Shown here in pieces: positions 29,301-43,028 of a stretch of DNA of 64,000 nt. The stretch is taken from NCBI GenBank assembly GCA_964016885.1, contig OZ024740.1:55552001-55616000 (forward strand), read 5' to 3'. The stretch comes from Eledone cirrhosa (Eukaryota). Every line of letters starts with the position of its first letter. Position 1 is the first letter of the stretch. Position numbers and translations under genes: made by a program. The notes below the pieces were generated by a model. That model was not told the DNA's origin. It searched no databases and saw nothing but the letters and a program-made list of their open reading frames with translations.

Positions 29301-31357
29301 TATAACCCCCGTGATTTAGTTGTTAATTTAGGTTAAATTCATGCTGTACATATTTGATTCCCTTCGTTCCAGTGCCAAAAAAATGTCGAGCAACAGTTCG
29401 GTTGTTAATGTTTATTTCACAATACTTCGAGTTGATTTGGGCCGTCCAATTCTATAATGACCTTCAATTGGTCGTTGTTAACTGCAATATTTCTTCACTG
29501 TTCTCGTATCTTCAACGAAATTTTGGAACAAATATAGAGCTTTAACTTCTTAAAGGGTTCACCAACCAGATGCTTAGGTAGGATTGTAAGCAATTTCCAT
29601 TGATTTCCTTGCGTTTCATTGTGACCTTTAAAATGAAATCGGTGAAACTTTCATTTTTTCATATTTGAAAGCTGAAACAAACCAAAAAAATAAAAGAAAT
29701 ACTGAAAGTAAAACTATTACCATAAATTACAAGTGTACGCTATAAAATGTTACACTTTTATGAAGATATATTGAAATATTTTTTTTCACTAAATAATCAT
29801 CAGTTTTTGCAAGAATTTTTAAAACAAAATGGTCTATTAAAACAGAGCATCTCCAACATACAGAAAACAACATATAAGTTGTCTCGGAGGCGGATAAATA
29901 AATATCACCGATGACGGCTGAAAATTCTAAAACACGCCCGTCATTCTAACCTGTTACTGAGTTAATTGTGACATGATCATAGCTTAAGACATTTATAGTG
30001 AGACCCTTTTATGTCTATTTTGCATGAGCATATCGCATATGAATTCATATACAAAGCTATTATTATTACAGCTCTGTGTAACTCAATAGCATATAGTTAA
30101 TTAATAAAAAAGAATAACATTACGATAAATGTATCTAGTTATATTTTCTCTTTCTATATTGCCTGTCTGGTTTACAACATAAATTAAGCATCAAGGCATA
30201 ACCTCGCAAAATATAGTGGAAAGGCTTTGAGTCCGGTTTAACTGTTGCATTGAATCGAATAAGTGATAGGTAATTTCTGATCATTTTGGGTATCATCTCC
30301 ATAGCTATCTGGTGTGCTTTCACCGCTCCTAATTCAATAAGGTTACACAAAAGTGTGGGTTACACACCTACAGTAATAATGCAAATAATTCCGTGGGGAT
30401 AACAATAAACTCTACAAGCTTTCAGCAAACTTAACACATCGTGCTATGTTGAAATAATCCCGTGGGTAGCAGAATATAGACATGACTTCACTTGCTCTAT
30501 TTTCAACACCACACACACATATACACACGGTGAAAGGTTTGAAGCATAATAACAATCAATATATCTCGCTTTCATTTCATTTTTCTCTTTCAATTTCTAA
30601 TTCTTCCTCCCTATTTGCATTCGCCTCTTTACTTTTCTATTTACCCTTCTCTCTCTCCTGTCTACTTTATCTCTCCAATTCATACACACACTTATTCTAT
30701 TGCTACTGTAATTCATCCATTCTGTGTCCTTCCCTCTATATTGAATATTCATGGAGCATCCTTTTTTTAATTCAATAAATGTTTAGAAAAATTCTAGATT
30801 CTATTATTGATAAAAAGACTTTTCTTCCTAAGAATATCCCCCCAAAATGCATCTTTTGTGTGCACTATAATTTCACATGCAATGTGACTATCGATCATTT
30901 CCTAACCTGAACTTATAAGACACACACGCACGCTCTCTCACACATATGCACACACACATAAATAACTAACCAAATAAAACGAAAAAGGAAAAATGTATAA
31001 ATAAAGAAAAACAGAAACGAATTGCAAATTGATGTGAAGTGTCACCGTAAAGTCTAAGTCTGTAGGAAAATGTCACAGAGAACGAAGCTGAAAATTATTG
31101 ATCTCCAAGAGAAAAAGATGTAGGAGAGATTTGTGAACAATAAGCGTTTTGGAAAAGGAAACGGATACTGAACGTGAGAGGAAATCTGTGAAGTATAATT
31201 GTCCTATGAACTGAATATACCCCAAGAAATAGTGCAGCTTTAGATTTTCTCCCAATAAAATATTTTCAGAATTCTTTCGGCACCAGCACTTGCAAGTATG
31301 ACAGCTTAGGTATTTCCATAGTTGAAAACAAGTGTCTGTGTCTGTGTGTGTGTGTGT

Positions 31358-31438
<81 letters not shown>

Positions 31439-32985
31439 CGTGCGCGCACCCAGCTTTTCTTTGCAGTTGTTGATGATGATAATGTCTTGATGACGCACAC
31501 ACACGGATATATATATATATGGGGCGGGGGGGGGGCGTATGCGTATGTGTGTGTCTGTGTGTGTGTGTGTGTGTACTCTGTGGTTTTCTTTGTCTAGGAG
31601 CACTAGATTCATGTATCTAAATTCATATTCCTGCAGAGTATGCGACCAAGCTACAAGATAATATAACTAATAATACAGCATAGCAAATTCATCAACTTTA
31701 CCTCATTAGAATACACAAATCTATAGCACAGGTGAAATCATAATACAATGGAGAATCTAAGAAAACGCTATGTAATTATATAGACATAGCACCCTACCAT
31801 AACCTTCAGTTGATCAATGCTTCTTAAGTGGAATTTGGTAGACTGTAACTGTGCGGATGTATCTCAGAACGAGCGTCGCTAACCTGGCTCACTCTTGTTG
31901 TTTTCAACGTAGTCCAGTATTTATCACGCGTTTGAAACTTGTCATCAGTCTAAGGATGACACGATGGTGAAGGTCTATGGGCGCTAAATTGACCAAGGGA
32001 TGAAAGAAATGTAGCTGTTTCTATTGCTTTTTTGGTGTGAGTTGTGGTATGTTTGAGGAGTGAATAGTTTTCTTACGCCAAACTAGAACAACATGCATAA
32101 AACTGAGTGCATTATCACGATTGGTACTGAGGCTGCCTGTCATATTAAGTTTTAGAATGGGTGCAATGCCACAATAGATTTTGTGTTGTGAACCATTTCT
32201 CTCGAAATGAACTACTTAGTTATTTTATTGATAACTGCTTTTTCTGCGTGATCGGATTTTATAAATGCAATTTTTATTTCCTTGTAGGGTGAAATCAAAA
32301 ATAAATTCGCTCCTGACTGATTGTTCCGAATCTATTGCACCCATTGGGGGTCTATTATCCGTTTTGAAGTTTTTTTTACACCGAGCCAAATATGAAAACT
32401 ATAAATTATCACTGAACATAGTGAGAAACAGCAACCAAAATCTTCCACAAATGAATGAAACATAATCAGAGAAAGGGTATTGTGTAAAATGCTGGAACAT
32501 GTAGATTTATATAGATATACAAAGTGAATGTTTGGAATGGGAGGAACGCTTTTGGTCATAAGTCCTTTGAATGAGAATTTACCATTAATTCAGAATGTAA
32601 TGTTATTAGGTAGCTTTATTTTCCCGATTCTCTACATAACTTCCATGTACATTATTCCTACGCAAAATATTATATATGAACACGACTAATACAATATTCA
32701 AGTAACAGGAAAGTGACATGGACCCGTGTCTTCCAATGTCCACAAAATGTAATGCGATTTCAGTAATCTGTGGTGTTGTAGGGGCCCAAAGATACATTCA
32801 ATGTACAAAGTTCTCTCCTTTCGATTTCTCTGGCTCTCCCATTATCTCTTTTGCTTTTTCTGTATATACATGCCTCAGGATTTTCTAAGTACACAGTTGA
32901 AATTCCAGAGTAACAAAATTCATCAAAACCATAATAAAGAAAAACACATATATATACATATATGTGTGTGTGTATGTGTGTGACG

Positions 32986-33026
<41 letters not shown>

Positions 33027-34150
33027 ATTATTCCATTATCGATTTATTCCTCATACTTCACTTTTCTATTTTCTATTTTATTATTTTTTACAATGTTTAT
33101 ATGTTCTAGTTTACCTGTTTATTTTCAATTTGTTTGCCTCCATTTTCTCTTCTTCCCAATTTTACATTTTTCTTTTCTTCATCGTTTTCTTTTTAATTTT
33201 CATCACATCTTTTATTCGTAGTATGTCTGTTTTTCAGCATCCTATTACAGCCACTATATTTTCTCGAAATAAATATATATTATATATATATCCCCATATA
33301 CATCAGTCGATAGGAAATCGCATTGGAATAATTTTATTTGGATCATAATTTGAGATTAGATCGAATCCAAAAAAAATCAAACATCTCAACACACATGATT
33401 ATCCAAATTAATTGGACCTAAGAGTAATGCCCACAGGAAAAAATAAACTGGACAGAAACTCAAAAGAGAAAATAATAAAACAGAAGGTAAATATGATGCT
33501 TATATAGTTTTGCTTTATTCTTTATCAGCTAATGTTAGCTATAAAAAAGAATAAATAGATTTTGTTTTATCTGTTACTGAAATGAGCTTTTTCCAGTAAA
33601 AGTGGGGATACTGTCCAAGAGAGATTTTATCCAGTGTTGCTTTTGTCCGGCGGGTTTTTTTATCCATATCCCAAACTAATCACTACTCTCTCTAGATAAT
33701 AACGTATCTCCCGAATACTTGTTACCTTTTAAATTTAATTTATTACTATATTTTTAGTAGCACTTGAATTATATATACACATGGAAAGATAGGACGTGCA
33801 CACTAATATAATTTAGATTTAAATTGATTTAAAAGATAATCTATTTTGAGTCCCCCTGACTTGTTTTGATTTAGATCCAAAATATGGGACAAATATTTCG
33901 AATTTAGCAGAAAGTATAATAATATTTGACTAATATCATTAAATGCAAAGTACAACTAACGGCGAGGTGTATGAAAAGCATGATAAACCCATCTAGGTGT
34001 AAGTTATAAAGATAACGACTCTTTTACCTGTTTCAGCCATCCGGCTGTCAACTATTTTGATAGAAATAAGTAAAATGTTAACTAACAAATAGTTTTATCG
34101 CTCTACATGTCTGAATACAATAAATGTAATCTGAGTTTTTCGAATATTAA

Positions 34151-34338
34151 TAATTGTTTCTACTTTTTGGCACAAGGCCAGCAACTATCTCAGTGCATTA
34201 CTGGTACTTTATTTTATCGACCCTCTAAGGTGACAGGCAAAGTTAACCTCAGCAGGATTTGAACTCAGATCATAAAGGAAGGTAACTCGATGCTTCAAAG
34301 CATGACGTCCGACCCTTACCGATACTGCCAATCCACCA
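34151..34338 (-). mobile_element. tRNA-derived SINE inserted in the HHR repeat
   Basis: Reverse complement of the 25295 SINE family; absent from the second monomer. Confidence 0.88.
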
Positions 34339-34428
34339 ATAATAATATTCGATTCGTTAACAGACTCTTTAATTCATGTCTATAGAATGACTCCGTCATT
34401 CTTGCTCTTGTGTTGGCATATAAACAGA

Positions 34429-34473
34429 ATGGCAGGCAGTAGTGATTCTGGGTGATTACCCTTCATCAGTACT
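34429..34473 (-). ncRNA. Degenerate hammerhead (unit 1)
   Basis: CTGATGA and the GGGT/ACCC stem II are intact, but GAAA is GAAT and GTC is GCC. Confidence 0.55.
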
Positions 34474-34866
34474 ACAAACTGCTTACCTGTCAACTGTCAG
34501 AGCTTGTGAAAATATATGATATTTTCTTAAGTATACAGTGACTGATCGGCCTGACTTGCATATTAGCAGACTGCCCGACCAGTCAGATCTGTATATTAGC
34601 AAACCCACTAATCAGCTAGATTTGCATATCTTCAGCTAGGCCAGTCAGTTTCATGTTTACGAGTGATTAATGGCTGGCTTTGCCATATTCAAATGACTAA
34701 AACATAGTTTTATCGCTCTATATGGCTGAATACAATAAATGTAATCTGAGTTTTTCGAACACTACTAATAATATTTTATTCGTTTGCAATTATGCAAACA
34801 GCTTCTTTAAGCCATCACAGTAGAATGAACCCGTCATTCTTGTCCTTGTTTTGGCATATGAACAGA

Positions 34867-34913
34867 ACGGCAGACATTAATGTTTCTGGGTGATTACCTT
34901 TCATCAGTGCCAT
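34867..34913 (-). ncRNA. Type I hammerhead ribozyme (unit 2)
   Basis: atggca-CTGATGA-aaGGTaatcACCca-GAAA-CATTAATGTC-tgccgt: 6-bp stem I, palindromic stem III ACATTAATGT, GTC cleavage between 34873 and 34872. Confidence 0.85.
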
Positions 34914-36741
34914 ATACTGCTTACCTCCCAACTGTCAGAGTTAGTGATATTTCTCAAGTATACAGTGACTGATCGGCCTGATTTGCATATTAGCGGACTG
35001 CCTGATCAGTGAGATCTGCATATTGGCAGATCCACTGATCAGCCAGATCTGCATATCAGCAGATAGGCCAGTCAGTTTCATGTATACGAGCGAGTGAAAT
35101 GTTACAAAACAATAAATTACAATAGAACTTAAATATAGTAAGGATGATTATTTTTTTTATAATGAATGTTAGGTATGGCAAATTCTATTAATAACACCGA
35201 ATTCCACACTTAACATGAAAACAGAGTACGACACAAATATAGTCCCAGACATGAGAAGAGGAAGGGATGGCCATTGATAAACTACACCTGTAACTCACAT
35301 GACCTGCCTTGTCGTAGAACGTGTCATGCTGAATCTCTCTGAACACCGTATTAAGTGCACATGTGTGTGTGCGTGGAAGGGGCAGTTGATTACACGTTTC
35401 AAGAGAAGTATTTTCCGTCGATCGAATCAACTTGTCGGAAATGACTTGAAACTCTTCACAAACTCATAAAATTGTCCTTATAGCATTTGATGGGAAGCAC
35501 ATGTCTGAAACGTTTCCAATCATTGGTTAGTTTCATAGGATCTGACCCTTAATTGATCAACAACTATTTGCGCTAAATCAGAGTTTCGTGTCTCTCTTAT
35601 TTGTCTCAAATACACAAATGCCGTTCATAATGTATCATATTAAAGCAGATTATTCGCGTCCAAGCCATTGCTAATTATATATATCACCCAGTAATATGCA
35701 TATATAACCATTTTGAGAAGCAATTGTTATGAGTAGTTTAAGTAATTAATGTTTTTGTGTTTTGTTATGATATAGTATGAACAAAAGTTTGGTAAAGAAA
35801 ACAAATATACTAGTAAATTATTGAAAATAGGAGCACGTTCTTTCTGTTCTGTCTCAAATTAATGTTTCTAAGGCGTTTACGTAGAACCTCTTAACAGATA
35901 AGTCAATATCTGGAAATCAAATAAAATAATAACTAACAATATCAATGACAACGATATGTCACAAATTGTAGGATCAGGTGTTGCAAAAATGTATTTCGTC
36001 TAACCTCTGATTCATCATCTTAAAGTGATACTTCATTTATCGACCTCAAAAGGATGCAAAGCAAAGTTTTTCGGATGGGTTTTGAACTGAGCGAAAAATT
36101 CTCGAAGAGTTTCAACCCTGGATAATAAGAGAACCAGAAAAACAAAGTGATACTCGCTGACGCTGTTATGACCATGTTAACTCACCGTCTATTCTATTAT
36201 ATTGTTTCTCTGAATAAACAAAAATGAGAAACAAAAGCGGATTTCTCAGATAGTCGTAAGGGTACAGCAGATATAGTAATCTGAATTGATGCCAGAGCAA
36301 AGATGGCATTTATTCAGTCATATCCAGACAGAAAAGGTAGATCGACAACCAAAGAAGATACAAAGTCTGATCCAATCTGAAGTAGAGAAAGGCAGGTAGA
36401 GTGGAGTGGGATTAGGACTTTATGTAAATGTACGTAATTAAATACTGCAAGGCACTTACTTCTGTGTTCATCCCCTTCTGTGACACTAACTACTGTCTTA
36501 GCCAAGAATTAATTATATCACGACTGGAAATCTGAATAAATTCTCTTTACATGAAAATGTAACGTGCAGGAATATGTGTCCTCTTCTCATGTCCTGGTGT
36601 GATTATTTTATAAGAGGTTGAACGGTGTTGGAGACATGATTCAATTAATTCTTTATATATAAAAAATATTGAAACAACCTGTGGGAAACATGGAAAGGGG
36701 TGAATGAATAAAAATGGATACACTTGTATTTACGAGTCTGG

Positions 36742-36742
<1 letters not shown>

Positions 36743-36832
<90 letters not shown>

Positions 36833-37150
36833 TGTGTGTGTATGTGTTTGTGTGTGTATGTGTGTATGTGTGTATGTGTATGTCTGTGTTTGTGTGTGTG
36901 TGCGTGTTTGTGTGTTTGTATGTGTATATATCATTATATATGTGTGTATGTGTATGTGTATGTCTGTGTTTGTGTGTGTGTGCGTGTTTGTGTGTTTGTA
37001 TGTGTATATATCATTATATATGTGTGTATGTGTGTGTGAATGTGTGTGCTTAGATTCGAATGAGAAGAAAAGAAGTCAGACAAATGGGCTGAAAGAAAAA
37101 CGGAAGAAAATAGGGTGTGAAGAACCAGATGGTCAAGAGTATGATGTATT

Positions 37151-37181
<31 letters not shown>

Positions 37182-37495
37182 AAGAAGAAGAAGAAGAAGA
37201 AGAAGAAGAAGAAGAAGAAGAAGGAGGAGGGAGAGGGGGAGGAGCGGCAGCAAGAAGAAGAAGAAGAATAGGAGGAGAAGGAGGAGGGAGAGGATCAGCA
37301 GGAAGAAGAAGAAGAAGAAGAAGAAGAAGAAGAAGAAGAAGAAGAAGAAGAAGAAGAAGAAGAAGAAGAAATAGGAGGAGAAGGAGGGGGGATGAAGAGG
37401 AGCAGCAGGAAGAAGAAGAAGAAGAAGAAGGAGAAGAAGAAGAAGAAGAAGAAGAAGAAGAAGAAGAAGAAGAAGAAGAAGAAGAAGAAGAAGAA
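36743..37495. repeat. (GT)n compound microsatellite followed by (GAA)n/(GGA)n tracts
   Basis: Directly visible. Confidence 0.95.
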
Positions 37496-39988
37496 ATTCT
37501 CAAATAATAAAAGTAAAACAAAACTGACCATGCTGGAATAGGCTATCCAAATAGGAGATTGGCAGTTGCCAGCTGGTAAAGGTGTCTGTAATATTAGACG
37601 AAAAATGAAAACAGCTGGTGAAAAAAAATAAGTGAAAAAATATGAAAAGAATAAATCAACATTATATTGAAGAAAATGACCCCATTTTTGACACCTTGCC
37701 TCTATGTAGGCCAGTTTACATTGGATAGAAACAAATAACTTAAGATGTCAGTCATGTCTGATTTGAAAAGACCCGTAACCAGATTGGACTTAGATAGCAA
37801 TGATCTTAAGGAAGAACAGCCATTGTGCAAAGTAACTACGCCTCAGGCAAACATTTCCCTTGCGGTTATTAGAGACGCAATGGTTCTCTCCTTCTGGACA
37901 CTATCGAATCCGTAAGATTTTTAAATTACGGAATCATTTAGCCTCGGGGGAATAAAGGAAAATTATTATATTTCTTCTTCGAAATCTTAAAGAGGAGAGC
38001 TATTTTCGCTCGTATCCGTGCGAGTGTCGTTATAGTTTTTGCAAGTTGATTTAGGTCGGAATTATTCGTTCGATGCTTGTCTATGTAATTAGATAGTCGT
38101 CACGATTGACCAATAAACGGAATGTCTCTGTTAAAGACTACAGCTACTACACTATCGAGTGCTTAGTAGTTAATTCAATAATTCGACAGCCAAAGCAGTC
38201 AAGATAAAATCGACACGTTTAAGACGCGCTAGCTAAGTGAGAAACAGCGTTGCTCAGGAAATGCTGCGCTGATTCACTTCTGCTTCGTTAGTTAGTGTGA
38301 CGGGGTTCATGAAGCATTTCAATGATAAAACGAAACAAAGCTAAAATTTTTGCTTCTTTCTTTTTCCTAGACCACTTACATATTTCACCCTATATTATCG
38401 AATTTTATTTCAGAAGATTCCTTTAAGAAAATACTTTCTCTTTCTATATATTTCATTTGTTTCCTTTTGTTTTTTGAGGGTTTTGGTACTGATGTCTGCT
38501 TTTAAAGATAAATAGTTTATTTAATTTTAATTCTTTACATCCAAATATTAATGAAAAATATAAAACGATGTATTCTACCTATATAAAAGAGTAAACGTGG
38601 TATATACCGTTTAAATTGTATGAACTATTAAATTGCATCAAAATTAAAGAAAAATAATGTTTTGTATGATCAATACCTGATAAATTGAGATCCAGATTTC
38701 AACCTTACAATGTTATAAAGTGTGAGCATGTTACAAACTAATATTAATTTCTTACTCATATATAGAAGAGGCATGATCAAGTTTATTTATTCGTGATGAA
38801 TAAATATTGCCATGACGATAGTGATAATCAAAAATTGAAAGCCGAGATGACGCACTAGAATGTTTGACCAGAACTGCTTTCTCTTTGACTAAACATGTGT
38901 TACCGAGTTTGGGGTGCAAGGGAATGGAATTGCTGTAAGTCATACCTTTCTCAAATTCAATTTCGATCAACCAACGAACAGAACATAGCACATGGATGCA
39001 GAAAGTTGACTCCTCATTAATTGCTTTACAACTGATAGATACTATAGTTATCGAACCTTATGTTCTGCTCATTAAAAAAAAAACATAGCAATGATATAAT
39101 ATATTTTTGTACTGATGGACAGTGTAATAGACATTCAAGATCTAAAGTAGAACTGTACGTCTAAAAATGAGCTTTCAATGATTTTAATGATTTCTTTCTG
39201 TTTTCACTATATTATTTGTGTAAGGTAGGAGTATGGAAAAATCAGTAAAGAAACAGAGAAAATTTATTGCATTATTAATAACTTTTGTTGAAATTGGGAA
39301 TCTGAATGCCACCAGTGTTGACTTTACTTTCAATCCTTAGAGGTTAGATAAAATACGGTAACAAACAATTATTAAGCTAGATTTAATAGTATGTGCCCCC
39401 TGTCCAAATGTGTCACCCTGAACTCATTTCAGAAATCAATATATTATTTTTGCATACTGGCCATTTTTAGATTAGGTGTCAAACGAAGATTATCGAAGTA
39501 GCTCCTTCTAATATAACAAGTAAGAATCTATATTAGAACACACCAATTTTTAGGAAACCGTATATGTACATATTTCCTATATTGCTATCTCTACAGAATA
39601 TAGCATCAGCAAAACGAATATTACAAAATCGACATTAGTTTTGAAATAAAAATCCATCGACTATTTCCCAAATTGCCTTCTATTCTAAAAGTAAATCTAT
39701 ATATAACTACTCTGTTTCCACTCCAAAAGATCTCTGGCATTTGGTCGTTTTCCAATTAATTTAATGAGATGGAAGTTATATTTTTCTTCTATCTTATCCC
39801 AAAATTATTATTGAGTCTGCGCAGTTACATTATCGTGTCAAACATTATCAATGCTATTTACACTTGTGAAATATACGGGTATGACACTTTTTGAGTAAAT
39901 ACTCTTGGAAAATTGACCTGCTTTCCTCATGCGTATATAATATGAAATATACGACACAAACGCCTACTCCCTTATAGGAAATATGTAT

Positions 39989-40700
39989 GTCAGATCAGGT
40001 CTCAATCTACCATGTTGCCCAGTACAACCTGATACATAATCGGGTGGTAGGCGACTAAACCAGCTCCCCCACCAGGACCTAATCGGGCGAGAAGGCTAAC
40101 TCTAAAGGCAAGCAGCACAAAAATAAGAAGTCAAAGGGCAGACGATCTCCACGGTGTCAACGGTCATCCACTCCATTTATGGGTTAGATAGCCTCACTAA
40201 GCTGCAATTGACCAAGCGTGATGAGTACGACTACACCCATAGGTGAGATTAAACTCCATGACAATAACACAAGTGATCCCCGTAACTGTTCTGTTAACTT
40301 GCTTTGGCTTTTCACTAGAGTCATAGTTGTGGGGATGTAGTAGGTTCTATGTGGGTAGCACATGCACGTAGAATTCCCATCTTTATGTCCAGATATTTCT
40401 CCACGGCGGTGGAAGAGTGGTAACGTTTGCAGACAACTGGTTAGAAGCACATAGTTACAAATCCACATATGGGCGGCTCAAGTCTTAACCTGAACAACAA
40501 CATCCTTCGAAGGAGTCTTTAAGCGCCTGAGTAGCTCTTTTTGAGGATGCACTACTCACCCATACAGCATGGTCTAGAAATTATAACCTAAGCAAAGGCT
40601 GTTCATTCAACAAATTGCCCAACAGCCTGCATTTTCCAGATGATCATAATAGCAGGGACTTCATTGAAGAATGGCCCTCCTCTGTAAAGAAGTGGCAGTT
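39989..40700 (+). mobile_element. Diverged RTE-related non-autonomous element, copy 3
   Basis: CATGTTGCCCAGTACAACCTG...GGCGACTAAACC..CCCCACCA..TCAACGGTCATCC matches the reverse complement of the 9.6-9.8 kb and 11.3-11.5 kb copies; the 3' extent is uncertain. Confidence 0.5.
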
Positions 40701-40748
40701 ATCACACTAACACACACACACACACACGCACACACACGCACGCACACG

Positions 40749-40851
<103 letters not shown>

Positions 40852-40875
40852 CACACACACACACAAGCATACACA

Positions 40876-41010
40876 GAGCGTTCGAATCTAACTGTCGAAA
40901 CTGCCGTTGGGGCCCTGACTCTTTTCATATTACCCAGTCTACTGCCCTAAGTATTGACTACTCTGGTGCGTTATGGTCCATCTAGTATCTTACCACACCC
41001 TCTTGTATTA
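40876..41010 (+). mobile_element. Short 3'-terminal fragment of a PLE2-related pLTR
   Basis: CCCTAAGTATTGA.TACT.TGGTGCGTTATGGTCCATCT matches 20234-20272; begins with an HHR 3' half (GTCGAAACTGCCGTTGGGG); ends in (TA)n. Confidence 0.75.
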
Positions 41011-41268
41011 TATATATATATGTGTGTGTGTGTATGTGTGTGTGTGAGTGTGCGTGCGTGTTTATATATATATTTATATATATATATAGAGAGAGAGAGA
41101 ATTAGTATATCTACCAACATATGTATACAGATGTATACCCATGCTAGCAAATATATATGTTATGTCTTAGTACCTTTGTGGTTCTATGCAGGGGGATGCA
41201 GAACAATTATATGAAAGACGTAAAATAAGAAAATTTTAAAAATTAAAAATTAACTTACTAAAATGTTC

Positions 41269-41350
41269 ACTCCAACTAATTAGTTTCTGTAAGGGAATAA
41301 ATATAGTTACGTAATGTAACTATAGAGAAGTCCTTACGTCATCAGGGAGT
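41269..41350 (-). ncRNA. Type I hammerhead ribozyme (unit 1)
   Basis: actcc-CTGATGA-cGTAAGG...CCTTACa-GAAA-CTAATTAGTT-ggagt: 5-bp stem I, palindromic stem III ACTAATTAGT, GTT site, extra hairpin ATAGTTAC/GTAACTAT within stem II. Confidence 0.88.
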
Positions 41351-41808
41351 CTATTCTCAGCTAAGTTCCCAGGCAATGCGCGGACACTAGGAACCCATAT
41401 AAAAATAATAATTCAGTGGATGGAATAAAGCTAGCTGGGACTAAATTCCAGGGCTCTGAAAAAATTCACTGCCTACTTGGTCAGTGGCAAATTCTAAAGA
41501 ATCAATCACGTGACACTGAGGTTAATCAGTGAGGAGTGGGATGGTATTATGACAAGAGCCTAACTAATACCATGCACCATAGCAGTAAATTTTGGCGAGT
41601 TTCGCTCAACAAATAATTTGGAGATAAATATAGAGAATTAGTATATCTACCAACATATGTATACAGATGGATACCCATGCTAGCAAATATATATGTTATG
41701 TCTTAGTACCTTTGTGCTTCTATGCAGGGGGATGCAGAACAATTATATGAAAGACGTAAAATAAGAACATTTTAAAAATTAAAAATTAACTTACTTACTA
41801 AAATTTTC

Positions 41809-41890
41809 ACTCCAACTAATTAGTTTATGTAAGGGAATAAATATAGTTACATAATGTAACTATAGAGAAGTCCTTACGTCATCAGGGAGT
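41809..41890 (-). ncRNA. Hammerhead (unit 2), G12 mutated (GAAA to TAAA)
   Basis: Same motif as 41269-41350, but the + strand reads TTTA instead of TTTC at 41824-41827. Confidence 0.7.
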
Positions 41891-42314
41891 CTATTCTTAG
41901 CTAAGTTCTCAGGCAATGCGCGGACACTAGGAACCCATATAAAAATAGTAATTCAGTGGATGGAATAAAGCTAACGGGGACTAAATTCCAGGGCACTGAA
42001 AAAATTCACTGCCTACTTGGTCAGTGGCAAATTCTAAAGAATCAATCACGTGACACTGAGGTTAATCAGTGAGGTATTATGACAAGAGCCTAACTAATAC
42101 CATGCACCATAGCAGTAAATTCTGGCAAGTTTCGCTCAACAAATAATTTGGAGATAAATATAGAGAATTAGTATATCTACCAACATATGTATACAGATGT
42201 ATTCCCATGCTAGCAAATATATATGTTATGTCTTAGTACCTTTGTGCTTCTATGCAGGGGGATGCAGAACAATTATATGAAAGACGTAAAATAAGAAAAT
42301 TTAAAAAATTAAAA

Positions 42315-42404
<90 letters not shown>

Positions 42405-42699
42405 GAGAGAGAGCATGTTTCTGCGGTGTCCTGACCAGAGAGACCACTGATCATGGAAGTACTCAATGCATGAGAAGATGGAGAGTAATTATACAAAATC
42501 GCGACTTCGGTGGCAAGCCAAAACCGCTTGGCGGCACGGTCGATATTTTACCTAACTCTCCATATAGATAAACCTGCAGAGTTTAACAACAGCATTACGG
42601 TATTTTTTCTGCTTCCTTTCGTTCTGAGAGTTCAAATTAACCCGACGTCACTTTTCCCTTTTATTCTTCCGGTGAGGACAAATGGCGTAGATAAATATA

Positions 42700-42895
42700 A
42701 TTGTTTCTACTTTTGGCACAAGGCCAGAAATAACCCAGTACATTACTGGTACTTTATTTTATCGACCCCATAAGGATGAAAGGCAAAGTTAACCTCAGCG
42801 GGATTTGAACTCAGAATTGCAAGGGCCGTAACTCTATGTGTCAAAGCATGGCGTCCGACTCTCTACCGATACTGCCAATCCACCGCCAATCCATA
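42700..42895 (-). mobile_element. tRNA-derived SINE nested in an older, oppositely oriented SINE (~42505-42950)
   Basis: SINE body on the minus strand; 17-bp TSD GCGTAGATAAATATAAT at ~42685 and ~42896; the host copy has GAGTTCAAAT at ~42628. Confidence 0.88.
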
Positions 42896-42951
42896 GCGTA
42901 GATAAATATAATACTAGCCAACTAATAGACTTGATACTTTTCTCCGCCTTA

Positions 42952-43028
<77 letters not shown>

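Larger units (their letters stand above)
34089..35092 (-). repeat. ORF-less tandem dimer, ~438-nt monomer, one HHR per unit (retrozyme-like)
   Basis: Units start at 34089 and 34704 (the first is interrupted by a SINE); CTGATGA cores on the minus strand at 34463-34469 and 34901-34907. Confidence 0.8.
41096..42316 (-). repeat. ORF-less tandem array, 530-540-nt monomer x ~2.3, one HHR per unit (retrozyme-like)
   Basis: ATTAGTATATCTACC recurs at 41101, 41637 and 42167; units are highly similar; microsatellite flanks on both sides. Confidence 0.92.

Noticed and set aside
31922-31952. Minus-strand CTGATGA..AAACGCGTG resembling a minimal PLE hammerhead
   Set aside because: G12 is missing, the cleavage position is G, and there is no stem I or II.
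21300-39900. Host protein-coding exons in the less repetitive stretches
   Set aside because: No recognisable domain and no open frame bounded by convincing splice sites; short exons cannot be excluded without RNA-seq.
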